Numbered from the stretch's first letter, positions 27,393 through 39,680 are shown. The stretch is DNA of 64,000 nt from Polyangiaceae bacterium (GCA_044376115.1 JBILLK010000006.1:320001-384000), one strand, 5' to 3'. The notes: generated by a model not told the origin, from the letters alone. Translations and numbers: made by a program.

Positions 27393-28868
27393 GTGACCCA
27401 GGGGACTCCCTTCGACCGTCAGGCCGCATGCCCGAATTGCGGCGGGCCCATGACGTTCAAGTTTGCCGGAGCCCGCGCGCAGGTCTGCCGGTACTGCAAG
27501 TTCCTCGTCGCCCGGACTGATCGCGGACTTGCCAGTGTCGGTCGTGTCGCAGACCTCGCGGAGATCCCTTCGCCCTTGGCTTTGGGCGTAACCGGCTATT
27601 GGAACGGCAAGCGTTTCGAGGTCGGTGGGCGTCTGCAGATGGACCGCGTCGCAGCGCCGTCTGCGCCCTGGCAAGAGTTCGCCGTTACCTTGGTGGACAC
27701 CGGCGAGTTGTATTGGGTCGCCTATGCCCAAGGTGCTTGGCACTACTTTCGCGAGCTCTCCCCCACGCCACCGTTGCCAGCGGTTGGGCAGCTTCGCCCG
27801 GGTGTCCCGTGGCAGGCGCCGGGCGTCGGCTCGGTGGTCATCTCCGAGGTCGGTAAGAAGCGCGTCGAGAGCGGGGAAGGGGAGCTGCCGAATGTCGCCG
27901 TTCCAGGCGCGGTTACGCGCTACGCGGATTTTGGTGGGCCGGGCAATGTGTTCGGAACCATCGACTTCGGGGATGGCCAAGCGGTCGCCCCGCGCGTGTT
28001 CGTTGGCCAACGCTTTGACCCGGCGAGCTTCAAGCTTGATTCAGGCCAGCCGCTCGACAAGCCGCAAGCGCAGGTAACCGCCTGCACCTGCCCAACGTGC
28101 GGTGGCAGCCTGCCTTTGGTCACGCCGGGGACCACCGAGCGTATCGTTTGCCGTTACTGCGGTTCGGTCAGTGACGTCGCCAAGTCGGGCGTGCTTTCGA
28201 TGGTGGGCCAGGCCCCGCGCCCGCCGCAAGAGCCGTTCGTTCCATTGGGCTCCGAGGGTGAGTTGCGCGGTAATCGCGTGATCGTGATCGGCTTCGTCGT
28301 TCGCGGTACCTGGGTGGAGGGCGAGCACTACAGCTGGCGGGAGTACTTGCTCTATGCCGGCCCGAACAAGGGCTACATCTGGTTGATGGAGGAGGACCTC
28401 AAGTGGCAGTTGGTGGTGCCCATCCCTCCCGGTGAAGCGCAGGCTGGTTCGGGGGTCATGTTTTACCAGGGCAACTCCTACGGCTTGAAGCAGAGCGTTT
28501 CGGCGGCAGTCGAGTACGTGGTGGGCGAGTTCTATTGGAAGGTTGCCGTCGGGGAGACCACCCAAGCGACCGAGTACCAGGGGCCAGGGGGACTCATCAG
28601 CGTGGAGCAAGACCACAACGAGATGAACACCTCGTTTTGTTACCCGCTGACAGCTCGCGAGATCGGCCTGGCCTTCCGCATCGCACCGCCACCGGAGCCA
28701 TCGGCGGTGGCCTTCAAGACCTCTTCGATCACCAGCTCCTGGGTGTTCTGGCTGATCATCATCGTGGCCGTGTTGTTCCTGCTGAGCGTTGCTACGTGCG
28801 ACGACGACTACGGTGGAGGCAGCGGTTCCTCCGGCGTGTACATCGGGCCGGGCTACAGCGGGAAGTAA
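27393..28868 (+). CDS. DUF4178-domain protein with two zinc-ribbon (CxxC) motifs and C-terminal TM
   Basis: CPNCGG...CRYC and CPTCGG...CRYCGS; WREYLLY, YVVGEFYWKV; this family is commonly found beside membrane-type speE. Start set at GTG 27393. Confidence 0.8.
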   Translation: MTQGTPFDRQAACPNCGGPMTFKFAGARAQVCRYCKFLVARTDRGLASVGRVADLAEIPSPLALGVTGYWNGKRFEVGGRLQMDRVAAPSAPWQEFAVTLVDTGELYWVAYAQGAWHYFRELSPTPPLPAVGQLRPGVPWQAPGVGSVVISEVGKKRVESGEGELPNVAVPGAVTRYADFGGPGNVFGTIDFGDGQAVAPRVFVGQRFDPASFKLDSGQPLDKPQAQVTACTCPTCGGSLPLVTPGTTERIVCRYCGSVSDVAKSGVLSMVGQAPRPPQEPFVPLGSEGELRGNRVIVIGFVVRGTWVEGEHYSWREYLLYAGPNKGYIWLMEEDLKWQLVVPIPPGEAQAGSGVMFYQGNSYGLKQSVSAAVEYVVGEFYWKVAVGETTQATEYQGPGGLISVEQDHNEMNTSFCYPLTAREIGLAFRIAPPPEPSAVAFKTSSITSSWVFWLIIIVAVLFLLSVATCDDDYGGGSGSSGVYIGPGYSGK

Positions 28869-28869
28869 C

Positions 28870-28901
28870 GGCCACCCGCGGTCCACTCGCCGCGGTGGGC
28901 C
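28870..28901. terminator. Imperfect GC-rich hairpin between convergent genes
   Basis: ggccacccgcgg-tccactcg-ccgcggtgggcc directly after the stop at 28868. Confidence 0.35.
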
Positions 28902-28927
28902 GAGGGCGCGGTCAGCCGTGGGTCAGG

Positions 28928-30049
28928 TCAGGGCTGATTGGCCTTGAGTTCGAAGTAGGCGTCGAACACGTCGCGCGCGACTTCGTTGCCTTTGCGCCAC
29001 CACTTCTCGTCGTTCGCCAACATTACCGCCACGGCGATCTCCGGCTTACGTGAAGGCGCAAAGCCGGCAAACCACGAGACCAAGCGCTTCGGCTTCTCAA
29101 ACATCAGCGTCCCCGTTTTGCCCGCCACGCTGAGCCGCGGCCTGCCCTCGATGGGCGCAAACGCTTTGGCGCTGGTCCCGGAGCGGGTCGTTACTTCGAG
29201 CATCTTCACCAGCTTGTCGGCGGTCTCCTTCTTGAAGGCCTGTCCGAGACTCACGCGCGGCACGTCGGCGGCGTTGCCGGTGACGTGCAGTCGCACCTTC
29301 TCGCCGCCGTTGGCGATCGTCTGCATCATGAACAGGGCTTGCAGCGGCGACATCTTGGCGTCGCCAAAGCCTGCGGCCGCGCGAGCGAAGCCGAGGTCGT
29401 CGGAGGGGAGCTTGATCGAGGTCTTATCGGCGGGTAGATCGAGCGGCGGTTCGGCGCCAATCCCGAAGCTACGGGCCGTCTCGCCCAAGCTCGTGGGGGT
29501 GAGGTGCTTGATCGCCAAGCGACCGAACACCGGGTTGATGCTGCGCCCCAACGCAAACTCGAACGCGGTTTTGTTATCACCGCTGTGACAGCCAGGTTTG
29601 ATGTCGGCCTCGCTGAGACGGCTTTCTCCGCCCTGGAAGCAAACCGCGTCTCCGAGGCGCACCTTGCCCGACTCGAGCAGCGCTGTGGTGGTGACGATCT
29701 TGAACAGGCTGGCACCCGGGTACTTGGCCTTGCGGACCATGTCGCCCTCGTTGCCGCGTGAGGCCCAGGCCAGGATGCGGCCAGTCTTCACGTCGCTTAC
29801 GACTACCGCTCCGCTCGGGGCTTTGCTCGCATCAAGGATGCGATCGACCTCGGCTTGCAACGCCGGGTCCACGGTCAGGCCGACTTCGCGCGTGCCCTCT
29901 CCACTGGCCTTTGCGCGACCATCGCGCACCTTGATGCTCTCAAGTTTGATGTCGTCCTTTTCCCGCCCCTCGCGTTTGGCGAGTGCAACCGGAGCGGCTA
30001 GGGCCGTCGTCAGTCCTATGGCAAGAAGTCCTACGACTTTACGCATCAC
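28928..30049 (-). CDS. Penicillin-binding protein, transpeptidase domain only
   Basis: Signal peptide; SxxK (ASLFK), SxN (SIN), KTG (GKTGT), WFAGFAP; no dimerisation or transglycosylase domain. Confidence 0.9.
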   Translation of the reverse strand: MMRKVVGLLAIGLTTALAAPVALAKREGREKDDIKLESIKVRDGRAKASGEGTREVGLTVDPALQAEVDRILDASKAPSGAVVVSDVKTGRILAWASRGNEGDMVRKAKYPGASLFKIVTTTALLESGKVRLGDAVCFQGGESRLSEADIKPGCHSGDNKTAFEFALGRSINPVFGRLAIKHLTPTSLGETARSFGIGAEPPLDLPADKTSIKLPSDDLGFARAAAGFGDAKMSPLQALFMMQTIANGGEKVRLHVTGNAADVPRVSLGQAFKKETADKLVKMLEVTTRSGTSAKAFAPIEGRPRLSVAGKTGTLMFEKPKRLVSWFAGFAPSRKPEIAVAVMLANDEKWWRKGNEVARDVFDAYFELKANQP

Positions 30050-30109
30050 CTAGGCTTGTCTCAGATGTAGGCAAAGGTGGACAAATTTGTGGCCCGCCTA
30101 ACGCGACGC

Positions 30110-31723
30110 TCACGGGTGAATGAACAGGATTGTCCCGGTGAGTGGCCGAAGCGCCGAGTGCCATCCCGTTGGAACCTGCGGCTCGGTCCAGAAGAAGATC
30201 CGGCGTGCGTCTTCGGGAGAAAGGTTGATGCAGCCGTGGCTCTTGGGCGTTCCGAAGGAGTCGTGCCAATAGGCCGCGTGGAGCGCGTAGCCTTCCTCGA
30301 AGTACTGCACATACGGCACATCGCGGAGCTCGAACTCTTCACCCACCGCATCGGAGTCCATGGTGTTGGTCAGGTGCTTGGTGTGGATGCGGTAGATGCC
30401 CTTTTTGGTGGCGCGATTGCCCTCGAATAGGCCGTCCTCTCCGGTGGACACCAGCGTTGCAAACACGGCTGTTTCACCTTCGAACGCCACCAGCGTTTGC
30501 TTGGTGATGTTGATGTCGAGCCACTTCTCGCCGTTCTTGCCCCACTTCGGCATGCGCTTGGCGGGGTCGAGTCGGCTGGCGTGCCGATCATCCACCCAGA
30601 GCCCGTCTTTGGTCTCGTAGTGAAGGACGTTCTTCACCAACTTCTGTTTGCCGGTGAGGCCGACGAAGGCTCGATATTCAATGTCCTCGGCCGCGACCAT
30701 GGCGTTCTTACTGGCACTCCAGGTGAACTTCTTTGCGCCCTTCTTGCGGATCAGAGCGAACGGAAACTCGACGTCCACGCCAATTCGGACGCCGTGAAAA
30801 TCGGAGCCGCGGATGGGCCGAAAACGATCGGCCGGCATCACCCGCAGGTCGGGGGTGACGTTGTAGCGGCGCCCTTCGACGAGGTAGCTCGCGACGAAGC
30901 TCATGCCCTGTTTGCGATCGACCTGGCCGATCTTGATGTCCTGCTTATGCGGCCCAAGCCCGAGCGGACGCGGCAACTCAGCGTGCTCGGCTAGCCACGC
31001 GGGGAGCGGCTCGGAGCGTTTCTCCTCCCATGCGTCCCAAGCGCCAAAGCTTGGGGGCGTTGACCACTTGAACCAAAGCTCATGCCCGTAGCCAGCCCCG
31101 CTGACCTCGTCCTTCTTCCACTTCTGCATGTGCTTATCGAGGTTGGGCTCGAAGCGGTCGAGGTCGGCTTGCGATGGGATGCGATCGTAGACAGGGCCGC
31201 CCCGCGTCACGGTTCCGTACATGTACGGGAGCTTTTGCGTGACGTCGGGTGGGCGGCCGACGGCAACGACGACGGGGTGCTGGAGGTCCTCGCTGAGGCC
31301 GTCGGCGAGGCAGACAAAGCCCGCGGGTTTGATGCCGCGAAAACCGCCGCTGCAGCCAGCGCCGCTGACGTTCTTTTGGTCGGCGACGATCACCGCGCCT
31401 GCGCGCAGAAAGCCGATCGTTTTTGAACCACTATCCGGGCGCGAATAGACCGGAACGGTCATGCCGGTGACGGCCAAGCGTGGCTCGCTTGCGTCCGGCG
31501 CCGTGGGCACCTTCACCGCACCGTCGAGCGCTACAGGCGCCGAACCTGCGGCGGCCGGTGGGACTTCCGCTGCGATGCTTGCGGCGGCGGTGAGCGGCGC
31601 GCTCTCGACACCGCTCGTCGAACTCGCTGCAGCCGAGGCTGCGGCGGCGCTTTCGGTGGAGTCTTTCGACCCGCAGCCGAGCAACGCCGAAAGGCAAGTG
31701 AAGGTCAACGCGGAGAGGCGCAT
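30110..31723 (-). CDS. L,D-transpeptidase (YkuD) lipoprotein
   Basis: Lipobox LLGC; C-terminal LDINITKQTL, VSTG, ALHAAYWH, SHGCINL. Confidence 0.92.
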   Translation of the reverse strand: MRLSALTFTCLSALLGCGSKDSTESAAAASAAASSTSGVESAPLTAAASIAAEVPPAAAGSAPVALDGAVKVPTAPDASEPRLAVTGMTVPVYSRPDSGSKTIGFLRAGAVIVADQKNVSGAGCSGGFRGIKPAGFVCLADGLSEDLQHPVVVAVGRPPDVTQKLPYMYGTVTRGGPVYDRIPSQADLDRFEPNLDKHMQKWKKDEVSGAGYGHELWFKWSTPPSFGAWDAWEEKRSEPLPAWLAEHAELPRPLGLGPHKQDIKIGQVDRKQGMSFVASYLVEGRRYNVTPDLRVMPADRFRPIRGSDFHGVRIGVDVEFPFALIRKKGAKKFTWSASKNAMVAAEDIEYRAFVGLTGKQKLVKNVLHYETKDGLWVDDRHASRLDPAKRMPKWGKNGEKWLDINITKQTLVAFEGETAVFATLVSTGEDGLFEGNRATKKGIYRIHTKHLTNTMDSDAVGEEFELRDVPYVQYFEEGYALHAAYWHDSFGTPKSHGCINLSPEDARRIFFWTEPQVPTGWHSALRPLTGTILFIHP

Positions 31724-31802
31724 GGTTCCGTCGCCGCAGCGGGCGGCGGGCTTAGTTACGCAGCAACCGCGAAAGGGCCAAGTTCTCGGCGCAGCCTTAA
31801 GA

Positions 31803-32591
31803 TCAAGCGTTCTTCGGAAAGCGCCCGAACCGGATCAGCAGGCCGAGCCAACCTTGCGCTAGGTACAAGAAGTTGATGCCCACGTAGACGAAGAAGAACA
31901 GGTCGAAGCGGTCCAGCAGGGCAAACAGGTAGATGTGGCTCGGGTAGTGGTTGAGGAACCGTAGGAAGGTGAAAACCTGCCCGGCGACGCGTGCCATGAG
32001 CGAGCGCGGCTTACTCGTATCCACCGTCTCGTAGTAGGCCTCGACGCTCTGGTCTTTCCCGCTCATGTCGGGATGGCGCAGCAGCTTGGTCATCGAGATG
32101 CCGCCGGTGATCACGAACAGCGCGAAGATGGTGGCGTAGACGAACCATTGCGTCGGCCAGGTGGCGTAGTCAGGCACGCCGCCGTTGCGCAACACGGGAC
32201 CAAACCCGCCGGTGATCTCGAGCCGAAGCCCGATGCCGACCACCAACGCTGCAGCTTTCACCTCGTCGGTGAAGAAGTCGAAGTGATGGCCCGTCTTCGA
32301 AGCGAGCTTCTTGTGCCGCGCCAGCATGCCGTCGGCGCAGTCGAGCAGGTAGGAGATCTCGAGCACCAGCACCGCTAGCAAGCCGCCCTTCCAGTCCGGC
32401 ATCAGCACGAACATGAACGCGGCGATTACGAACAAGATCAGGTTGATGATCGTGACTTGGTTCGGCGTGATCGGCGTCTTCGCCAGGATCGAGACGGTGT
32501 AGCCCGCAAGCACGCGCATGAAGTAGTGGTTGAAGAGCTGATCGTTCTTCTTCCGGGTCGCGAGGTAGATCTGGTAGCCCTGCCGAAACAT
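31803..32591 (-). CDS. CDP-alcohol phosphatidyltransferase family protein
   Basis: ITPNQVT and DCADGMLARHKKLASKTGHHFDFFTD signature. Start reset to ATG 32591. Confidence 0.88.
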   Translation of the reverse strand: MFRQGYQIYLATRKKNDQLFNHYFMRVLAGYTVSILAKTPITPNQVTIINLILFVIAAFMFVLMPDWKGGLLAVLVLEISYLLDCADGMLARHKKLASKTGHHFDFFTDEVKAAALVVGIGLRLEITGGFGPVLRNGGVPDYATWPTQWFVYATIFALFVITGGISMTKLLRHPDMSGKDQSVEAYYETVDTSKPRSLMARVAGQVFTFLRFLNHYPSHIYLFALLDRFDLFFFVYVGINFLYLAQGWLGLLIRFGRFPKNA

Positions 32592-32812
32592 CGGGCGCAA
32601 AGTAGCCTGGAAACGTGCTTGGCGTCTGCTTACCTGTGCACCGCAGTCAAGAAGCTGACGGTCGGGCTCGCGCTGACCTGGATGCGACAAGCTCCGCGGC
32701 GCGGGAACAAATTGCAACGGCGGACGAGTCGTGGTCCCCTTGGAAAAGCTGCGCGCGCTTTCCCCTCCTCGGGTGGTGGACGTGCCGTTGTGGCTCATCA
32801 CTTGGAGTGAAG

Positions 32813-35800
32813 ATGTCGAAGCAGGGAATTGACCAGTTCGGGAAGATCCGCGCGTTCTTCTTCGGTGTCGCCTTGGCCGGTGCAACGTTGGGAGCTGTGG
32901 AGGCTCAAGCGCAGAACTGCCTGAGTCAAAACCCTGCTGACTGGCCGGCTGCCTCTAAGCCGTACTTCATGCTCGTGATGGATACCTCCGGCTCGATGGT
33001 GTCCGAGGTTGCGGGGGCTGCAACCAGCTGCGGCTTCGGAACCAATCGCGCCGCTCATGCCCGTTGCGCCGTGCGCAACACGGTCTTGGCTTACAGCGGC
33101 CAGGTCAACATGGGGTTGTCCACCTTCGCCGTGGTTCAAGACAATTGTGATGGTGGCACCTGCGGTTGTGATGCTGGCGGCTGCTTCACCAACTGCGACT
33201 ATTTCTGCTTCCAGCAAGAGATCAATACCACCGGTGGTTGCAACGGCTGTGGACCGCGCCCGGGGAACGCTGCGACCCGTGCCGGTGCGCTCATCCGCGT
33301 GCCGATGCTGCAAGACCACTTTTGGAGCAACCCGCCCGACCCGAACAACACCAACAGCCTGCTTAGCTGGGTTGACAACGCCTGCGACGATTCTGAGGCT
33401 TTTGCCGTTGGCGCGACGCCACTCAACGGCACATTGCGCGACATGAGGCGCTACTTCCAAGCAAGCTGGACGGCGCCCGACGGCTCCTCCACCTTCTCCA
33501 CTCCGCTCGCTTCACAAGACTTGGCTGGAACGGGCGTGAACGGCTCGACTGGCTGCCGTTCGGTGAACGTGATTCTGCTCACCGACGGGGATGAGACCTG
33601 TGATCTCCAGGCTGACGCAGTGGCGGCAGCCACCGACCTGTACCAAAACGGCGTCACCGTCGGCGGTAAGATCTTCAAGGTTCGCGTCCATGTCATCAAC
33701 TTTGCGGGCGGTAATCAGGCCAACACGGACGCGATTGCCGCGGCAGGCGGCACCACCTCGTCGTACTTCGCAACCAACGAGACGCAGCTCTCCCAAGCGC
33801 TCTCCACCATCATCTCGGACAGCGTTTCGCCCGAGACGTGCGACAACATCGACAACAACTGCAACGGCTGTGTGGATGAGGGTTACGTCCACTATTGCAA
33901 CGTGAGCCAGACCTGTTGCTCGTGGACGACCCCAGCTCAGCGGACCACCTGTCTCAACAACTACACCGCCTCGATCACCAACGCGAATCCCGACGGGAAC
34001 CTGGCTCTACTGCCGTGCACCACGGTGGCCCAACAAACCCAGTCGGCCAACTGGCTTTGTTTCAACCCTGGGGACCAGTGCGACAACATCGACAACAACT
34101 GTCAATCCGGGGTGGATGAGGGCGCCAACAAGTGCGGCAGCCCCTTGCAGTGCCCCACGGCTGAGACCTGCAACAGTCAAGATGACGACTGCGATGGCAG
34201 CGTGGATGAGGGCGGAGTGTGCGGTGCTTGCGTGCCGACGCCCGAGGTCTGCGACGGCTGTGACAACGACTGCGATGGCACTGCGGATGACGGGATTGGC
34301 GCTGTTGCCTGCGGTCTCTCTTCCCCGCCGAACTGTGCGGGCACCATCAGCTGCAACGCTCCACAGGCTGTGCCGATCGGTGGATGTGGTGTCGGCGGTG
34401 GCTTTGGTTCCTGCAGCAACTCGCCCCAAACGGAAACCTGCGACGGCATCGACAACGACTGCGATGGCATTCCCGATGACGGCGTGGTTCCGACGGCGTG
34501 CGTGCCGCCCGGCACTCCGGGCGGGCTCGTATACGGTGGCTCCAGCCAGTGCCAACAAGGTTTGCTGCCCTGCGGAGGTAGCTGCTCCGGCTTCGTCGGT
34601 CCGAGCGCCGAAATTTGCGACGGTATCGACAACGACTGCGACGGCCAGGTGGATGAGCAGGTGCCGCAAGTTGGTCAGACCTGCGGCATCAACTCGGCAC
34701 CCTGCACGCCAGGGCTAACCGCCTGTGTCAACGGCGCGCTGGTTTGCTCCGGGGGCGTTGGTGCCCAGCCCGAGCAGTGCGACGGCATCGACAATGACTG
34801 CGACGGTCAGGCCGATGAAGCTCCGCTCGCGGATGCCCCGGCACCCGGTAACAACGGCTGCTGGCAGCTCGCTGGTAACTGTTGCACCCACGACAACCTG
34901 AGCTGGTGTCCGCCGCCCGGAGCGAGCTGCACCGACGTCGGTACGCTCACTGCTCCTTGCAACTCAGGCACCTTGCAATGCGCCGGCGCGCAAGGCTGGG
35001 TTTGCCAAGGTGGAAACGCCCCCGCGACCGAGGTTTGCGACGGCGTAGACAACGACTGCGACGGCACTCCCGACGACGGTAACTTCCCGACTGAGGGGGC
35101 GGCTTGCGGTCTTGCGGTTTTGCCCTGCGTCCAAGGCACGATTCAGTGCACCGCAGGCACGCTCGACTGCGTTGGGGATATCCCGCCGACGCCCGAGGTT
35201 TGCGACGGTATCGATAACAACTGCGACGGCTCGATCGACAACGGCATCCCGATCGGCGGCACGTGCACGCCCGTGTACGACACTGCGCTCTACCCCGGAG
35301 ACCGTTCGGCGGCGCCGTGCCAACCCGGTAACTTCCAGTGCGACGCGATGGGCGGACTGATCTGCGTCGGCGGTGTAGGGCCGACGCCCGAGGTTTGCGA
35401 CGGCATCGACAACGACTGCGACGGAACGGTCGACGAGTCGGGAGCTGCGCCCGATGGTCTCGATGGTTCGGCGAACCCGCTGGATCCGCCGGTGGCGAAC
35501 ATCGGAGACGCCTGCGGCGTCACCGAAGGCGCCTGCGATGACGGCAACTGGGGCTGCGTCAACGGGCTCTTCTTGTGCCTCGGTTCACAGGGCCCAACGC
35601 CCGAAGAGTGCGACTGCTCCGACAACGATTGCGACGGCTCAGTCGATAACGAGAACCCGGGCAACAACCCTCCGCTTTGTGGTCGCGGCAAGGACTGCAT
35701 CGTCTCTGGGGACTCCTGTCAGTGCGCCGCACCTTGCGGCAATGGCGAGTTCCCGTGTCCCACCGGCCAAGCCTGCGTTGAGGTGAACTCAAGCAACACT

Positions 35801-36724
35801 GGCATGGCGCTCGGTGCCTACTGCGTCGCTGATAACTGTGGTGACTGCGAAAGCAAGACGGTTACCAACGCCGATGGAGACGTTGTTTGCGCACCCGCTG
35901 GAACAGTCGGGGAGAACTGCTTCGACCTGCCCGTGTGTGTCTGCAAAGGACAATCAGGCTGCCAAGCGCCTTGCACTGGCGTGACCTGTGATGCTCCGCT
36001 CGTGTGCACCAACGTTGGTCCGGACGCCGGTACCTGCGTGGTGGACAACTGCTTCAACTTCGGCTGCGGGTGCGGCGAGTTCTGTGTGGACGGCGGAAGC
36101 TGCGTCGCCAACCCGTGCACCGAAACGAGCTGTCGTGAGGGCCAGGTCTGCAAGCCGAGCGAAGACGGGATGACTGCCGAGTGCTTCGAGAGCTGCGCTG
36201 ACGTCAACTGCCCGTCCGGGACCGAGTGTCACGACGGCGAATGCGTCGCAACCTGCGTTCCCGAATGCGGAGCCGACGAGGTCTGCAACGAGACGGTGGA
36301 TCCGCCGGCTTGTCAGCCGAGTCTCTGTACCGAGGACTCCTGTCCGCAAGGTGGCTGTTGCGATGGTGTGGACGGCAGTTGCGGAGCGTGCCCGTGTGAA
36401 GGCGTCCTCTGCCCGGACGGTCAGAACTGCGTTGACGGTGAATGCGTCGCGACCACGATGGGCACCGGCGGCGCTGGTGGCGGCGGCGGCGCTGGTGGTG
36501 GCAGTAACCCGAGCGGTGGTGGCGGAACGAGCAGCGTCGGTGGTGGTAACACCGGCGGCGGCGGCTCGGATAAGGGCGTTTGGGGGCTCGCGACAGGCGG
36601 TGGTGGCTGCACGTGTGAAGTCGGTGCGACCCCGAACTACAGCGCCGGTCTCTGGGCTCTCGTTGGGGCTGTCGGATTGTTCGCGCGCCGGCGTCAGCGC
36701 CGTGGTGCGCAGGCGCGTCGCTGA
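32813..36724 (+). CDS. Large Cys-rich surface protein: VWA domain + 11 CDGxDNDCDG repeats + MYXO-CTERM
   Basis: ATG 32813 preceded by GGAG; signal peptide; MIDAS DTSGS...TPL...LLTDG; repeats of the putative metal-binding (MopE-like) motif; ends GGGGCTC...LWALVGAVGLFARRRQRR. Confidence 0.9.
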   Translation: MSKQGIDQFGKIRAFFFGVALAGATLGAVEAQAQNCLSQNPADWPAASKPYFMLVMDTSGSMVSEVAGAATSCGFGTNRAAHARCAVRNTVLAYSGQVNMGLSTFAVVQDNCDGGTCGCDAGGCFTNCDYFCFQQEINTTGGCNGCGPRPGNAATRAGALIRVPMLQDHFWSNPPDPNNTNSLLSWVDNACDDSEAFAVGATPLNGTLRDMRRYFQASWTAPDGSSTFSTPLASQDLAGTGVNGSTGCRSVNVILLTDGDETCDLQADAVAAATDLYQNGVTVGGKIFKVRVHVINFAGGNQANTDAIAAAGGTTSSYFATNETQLSQALSTIISDSVSPETCDNIDNNCNGCVDEGYVHYCNVSQTCCSWTTPAQRTTCLNNYTASITNANPDGNLALLPCTTVAQQTQSANWLCFNPGDQCDNIDNNCQSGVDEGANKCGSPLQCPTAETCNSQDDDCDGSVDEGGVCGACVPTPEVCDGCDNDCDGTADDGIGAVACGLSSPPNCAGTISCNAPQAVPIGGCGVGGGFGSCSNSPQTETCDGIDNDCDGIPDDGVVPTACVPPGTPGGLVYGGSSQCQQGLLPCGGSCSGFVGPSAEICDGIDNDCDGQVDEQVPQVGQTCGINSAPCTPGLTACVNGALVCSGGVGAQPEQCDGIDNDCDGQADEAPLADAPAPGNNGCWQLAGNCCTHDNLSWCPPPGASCTDVGTLTAPCNSGTLQCAGAQGWVCQGGNAPATEVCDGVDNDCDGTPDDGNFPTEGAACGLAVLPCVQGTIQCTAGTLDCVGDIPPTPEVCDGIDNNCDGSIDNGIPIGGTCTPVYDTALYPGDRSAAPCQPGNFQCDAMGGLICVGGVGPTPEVCDGIDNDCDGTVDESGAAPDGLDGSANPLDPPVANIGDACGVTEGACDDGNWGCVNGLFLCLGSQGPTPEECDCSDNDCDGSVDNENPGNNPPLCGRGKDCIVSGDSCQCAAPCGNGEFPCPTGQACVEVNSSNTGMALGAYCVADNCGDCESKTVTNADGDVVCAPAGTVGENCFDLPVCVCKGQSGCQAPCTGVTCDAPLVCTNVGPDAGTCVVDNCFNFGCGCGEFCVDGGSCVANPCTETSCREGQVCKPSEDGMTAECFESCADVNCPSGTECHDGECVATCVPECGADEVCNETVDPPACQPSLCTEDSCPQGGCCDGVDGSCGACPCEGVLCPDGQNCVDGECVATTMGTGGAGGGGGAGGGSNPSGGGGTSSVGGGNTGGGGSDKGVWGLATGGGGCTCEVGATPNYSAGLWALVGAVGLFARRRQRRGAQARR
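33838..35650 (+). repeat. Intragenic coding repeats (about tgcgacggcatcgacaacgactgcga) encoding 11 CDGxDNDCDG motifs
   Basis: Degenerate in-frame copies with variable spacing inside the 32813-36724 CDS. Confidence 0.85.
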
Positions 36725-36778
36725 GCGCCTTGCTCGGTCTTGCGTTGCGGGAGGAGCGCCGGTAGCTTCTCCCGCGCC

Positions 36779-37670
36779 ATGACCAACAATGCGCGCACGC
36801 TCGGGGAGAGAGCCGCGAGGCAACTCTCCAACACCACCAAGACCCCGCCGCAATGGCGTGGGGCAACGCCTCGCTGGCTCGTCCAGATGATCCCGTGGAC
36901 CCCCGTTGAAGCGGGTGTGTTTCGGGTCAACCAAGCGCTCGACGACAAGTTCGATCTGAAGTGCAGCCCGGAGCAGGGCGAAGAGCTGCCCACCGGCTTC
37001 AGCGACTACGAGCCCAACCCGCGTGAGTACGTGCTCACTTCGGTGACCACCACGATCGAGGTGGATACGCGTATCTCGGACCTGTTCCGCAGCCCGATGG
37101 ATCAGGTCAAAGAGCAACTCACCGTCGCGGTGGACAAGCTCAAGGAGCGCCAAGAGGCCGAGGTTCTACGCAACAAGAACTACGGCCTCTTGAACAACGT
37201 GGACCCGGACATGCGCATCAAAACGCGCAAGGGCCCGCCCACGCCAGACGACATGGATGAGCTCATTGCCACCGTTTGGAAGGAGCCCGCCTTCTTCCTC
37301 GCCCACCCCAAGGCCATCGCAGCGTTCGGCCGTGAATGCACCCGTCGCGGAGTTCCGCCGCCGACGGCTACGCTGTTCGGTTCGCCGTTCCTCACCTGGC
37401 GCGGGCTCCCGTTGATCCCCAGCGACAAAGTCCCGGTGAAGGACAACAAGTCGAGCATCCTCTTGCTGCGCACCGGCGAGCGAAAGCGCGGCGTGATTGG
37501 CTTGTTCCAGCCTGGTCTGCCTGGGGAAGTCAGCCCCAGCTTGACCGTGCGCATGATGGGCATCAATCAGCGCGGTGCCGCTCAGTACCTGCTTTCACTT
37601 TATTGCTCTGTTGCCATCCTCACCCATGACGCTCTCGGGGTACTCGAGGACGTGGTGATCGATCACTACT

Positions 37671-37684
<14 letters not shown>
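36779..37684 (+). CDS. Family 2A encapsulin nanocompartment shell protein (SrpI / major membrane protein I-like)
   Basis: LGERAARQLSNTTKT, TPRWL, PVEAGVFRVN, DYEPNPREY, KERQE, GPPTPDDMDEL, AFGRECTRRGVPP, WRGLPLIPSDK; no cNMP-binding insertion. Start ATG 36779. Confidence 0.93.
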
Positions 37685-39581
<1,897 letters not shown>

Positions 39582-39680
39582 TTCCGCGCAGGGCCTGGAC
39601 CGAACTGGGTTCAGGACCTGCATTTTTCGTAGGGAGACGCTTGGTGCTCTGGTCGTCGCAGGAACGGCTGTGGTGAACCC

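Noticed and set aside
32592..32885. N-terminal extensions in the ORF track (32615, 32885; also 48267, 51030, 50425, 51003, 57645, 23808)
   Set aside because: They overlap neighbouring or divergent genes and lack family similarity; downstream starts fit better.
33838..35650. Recurrent ~26-nt repeats resembling a CRISPR array
   Set aside because: In-frame, degenerate at wobble positions, irregularly spaced, inside a long CDS, and no cas genes nearby.
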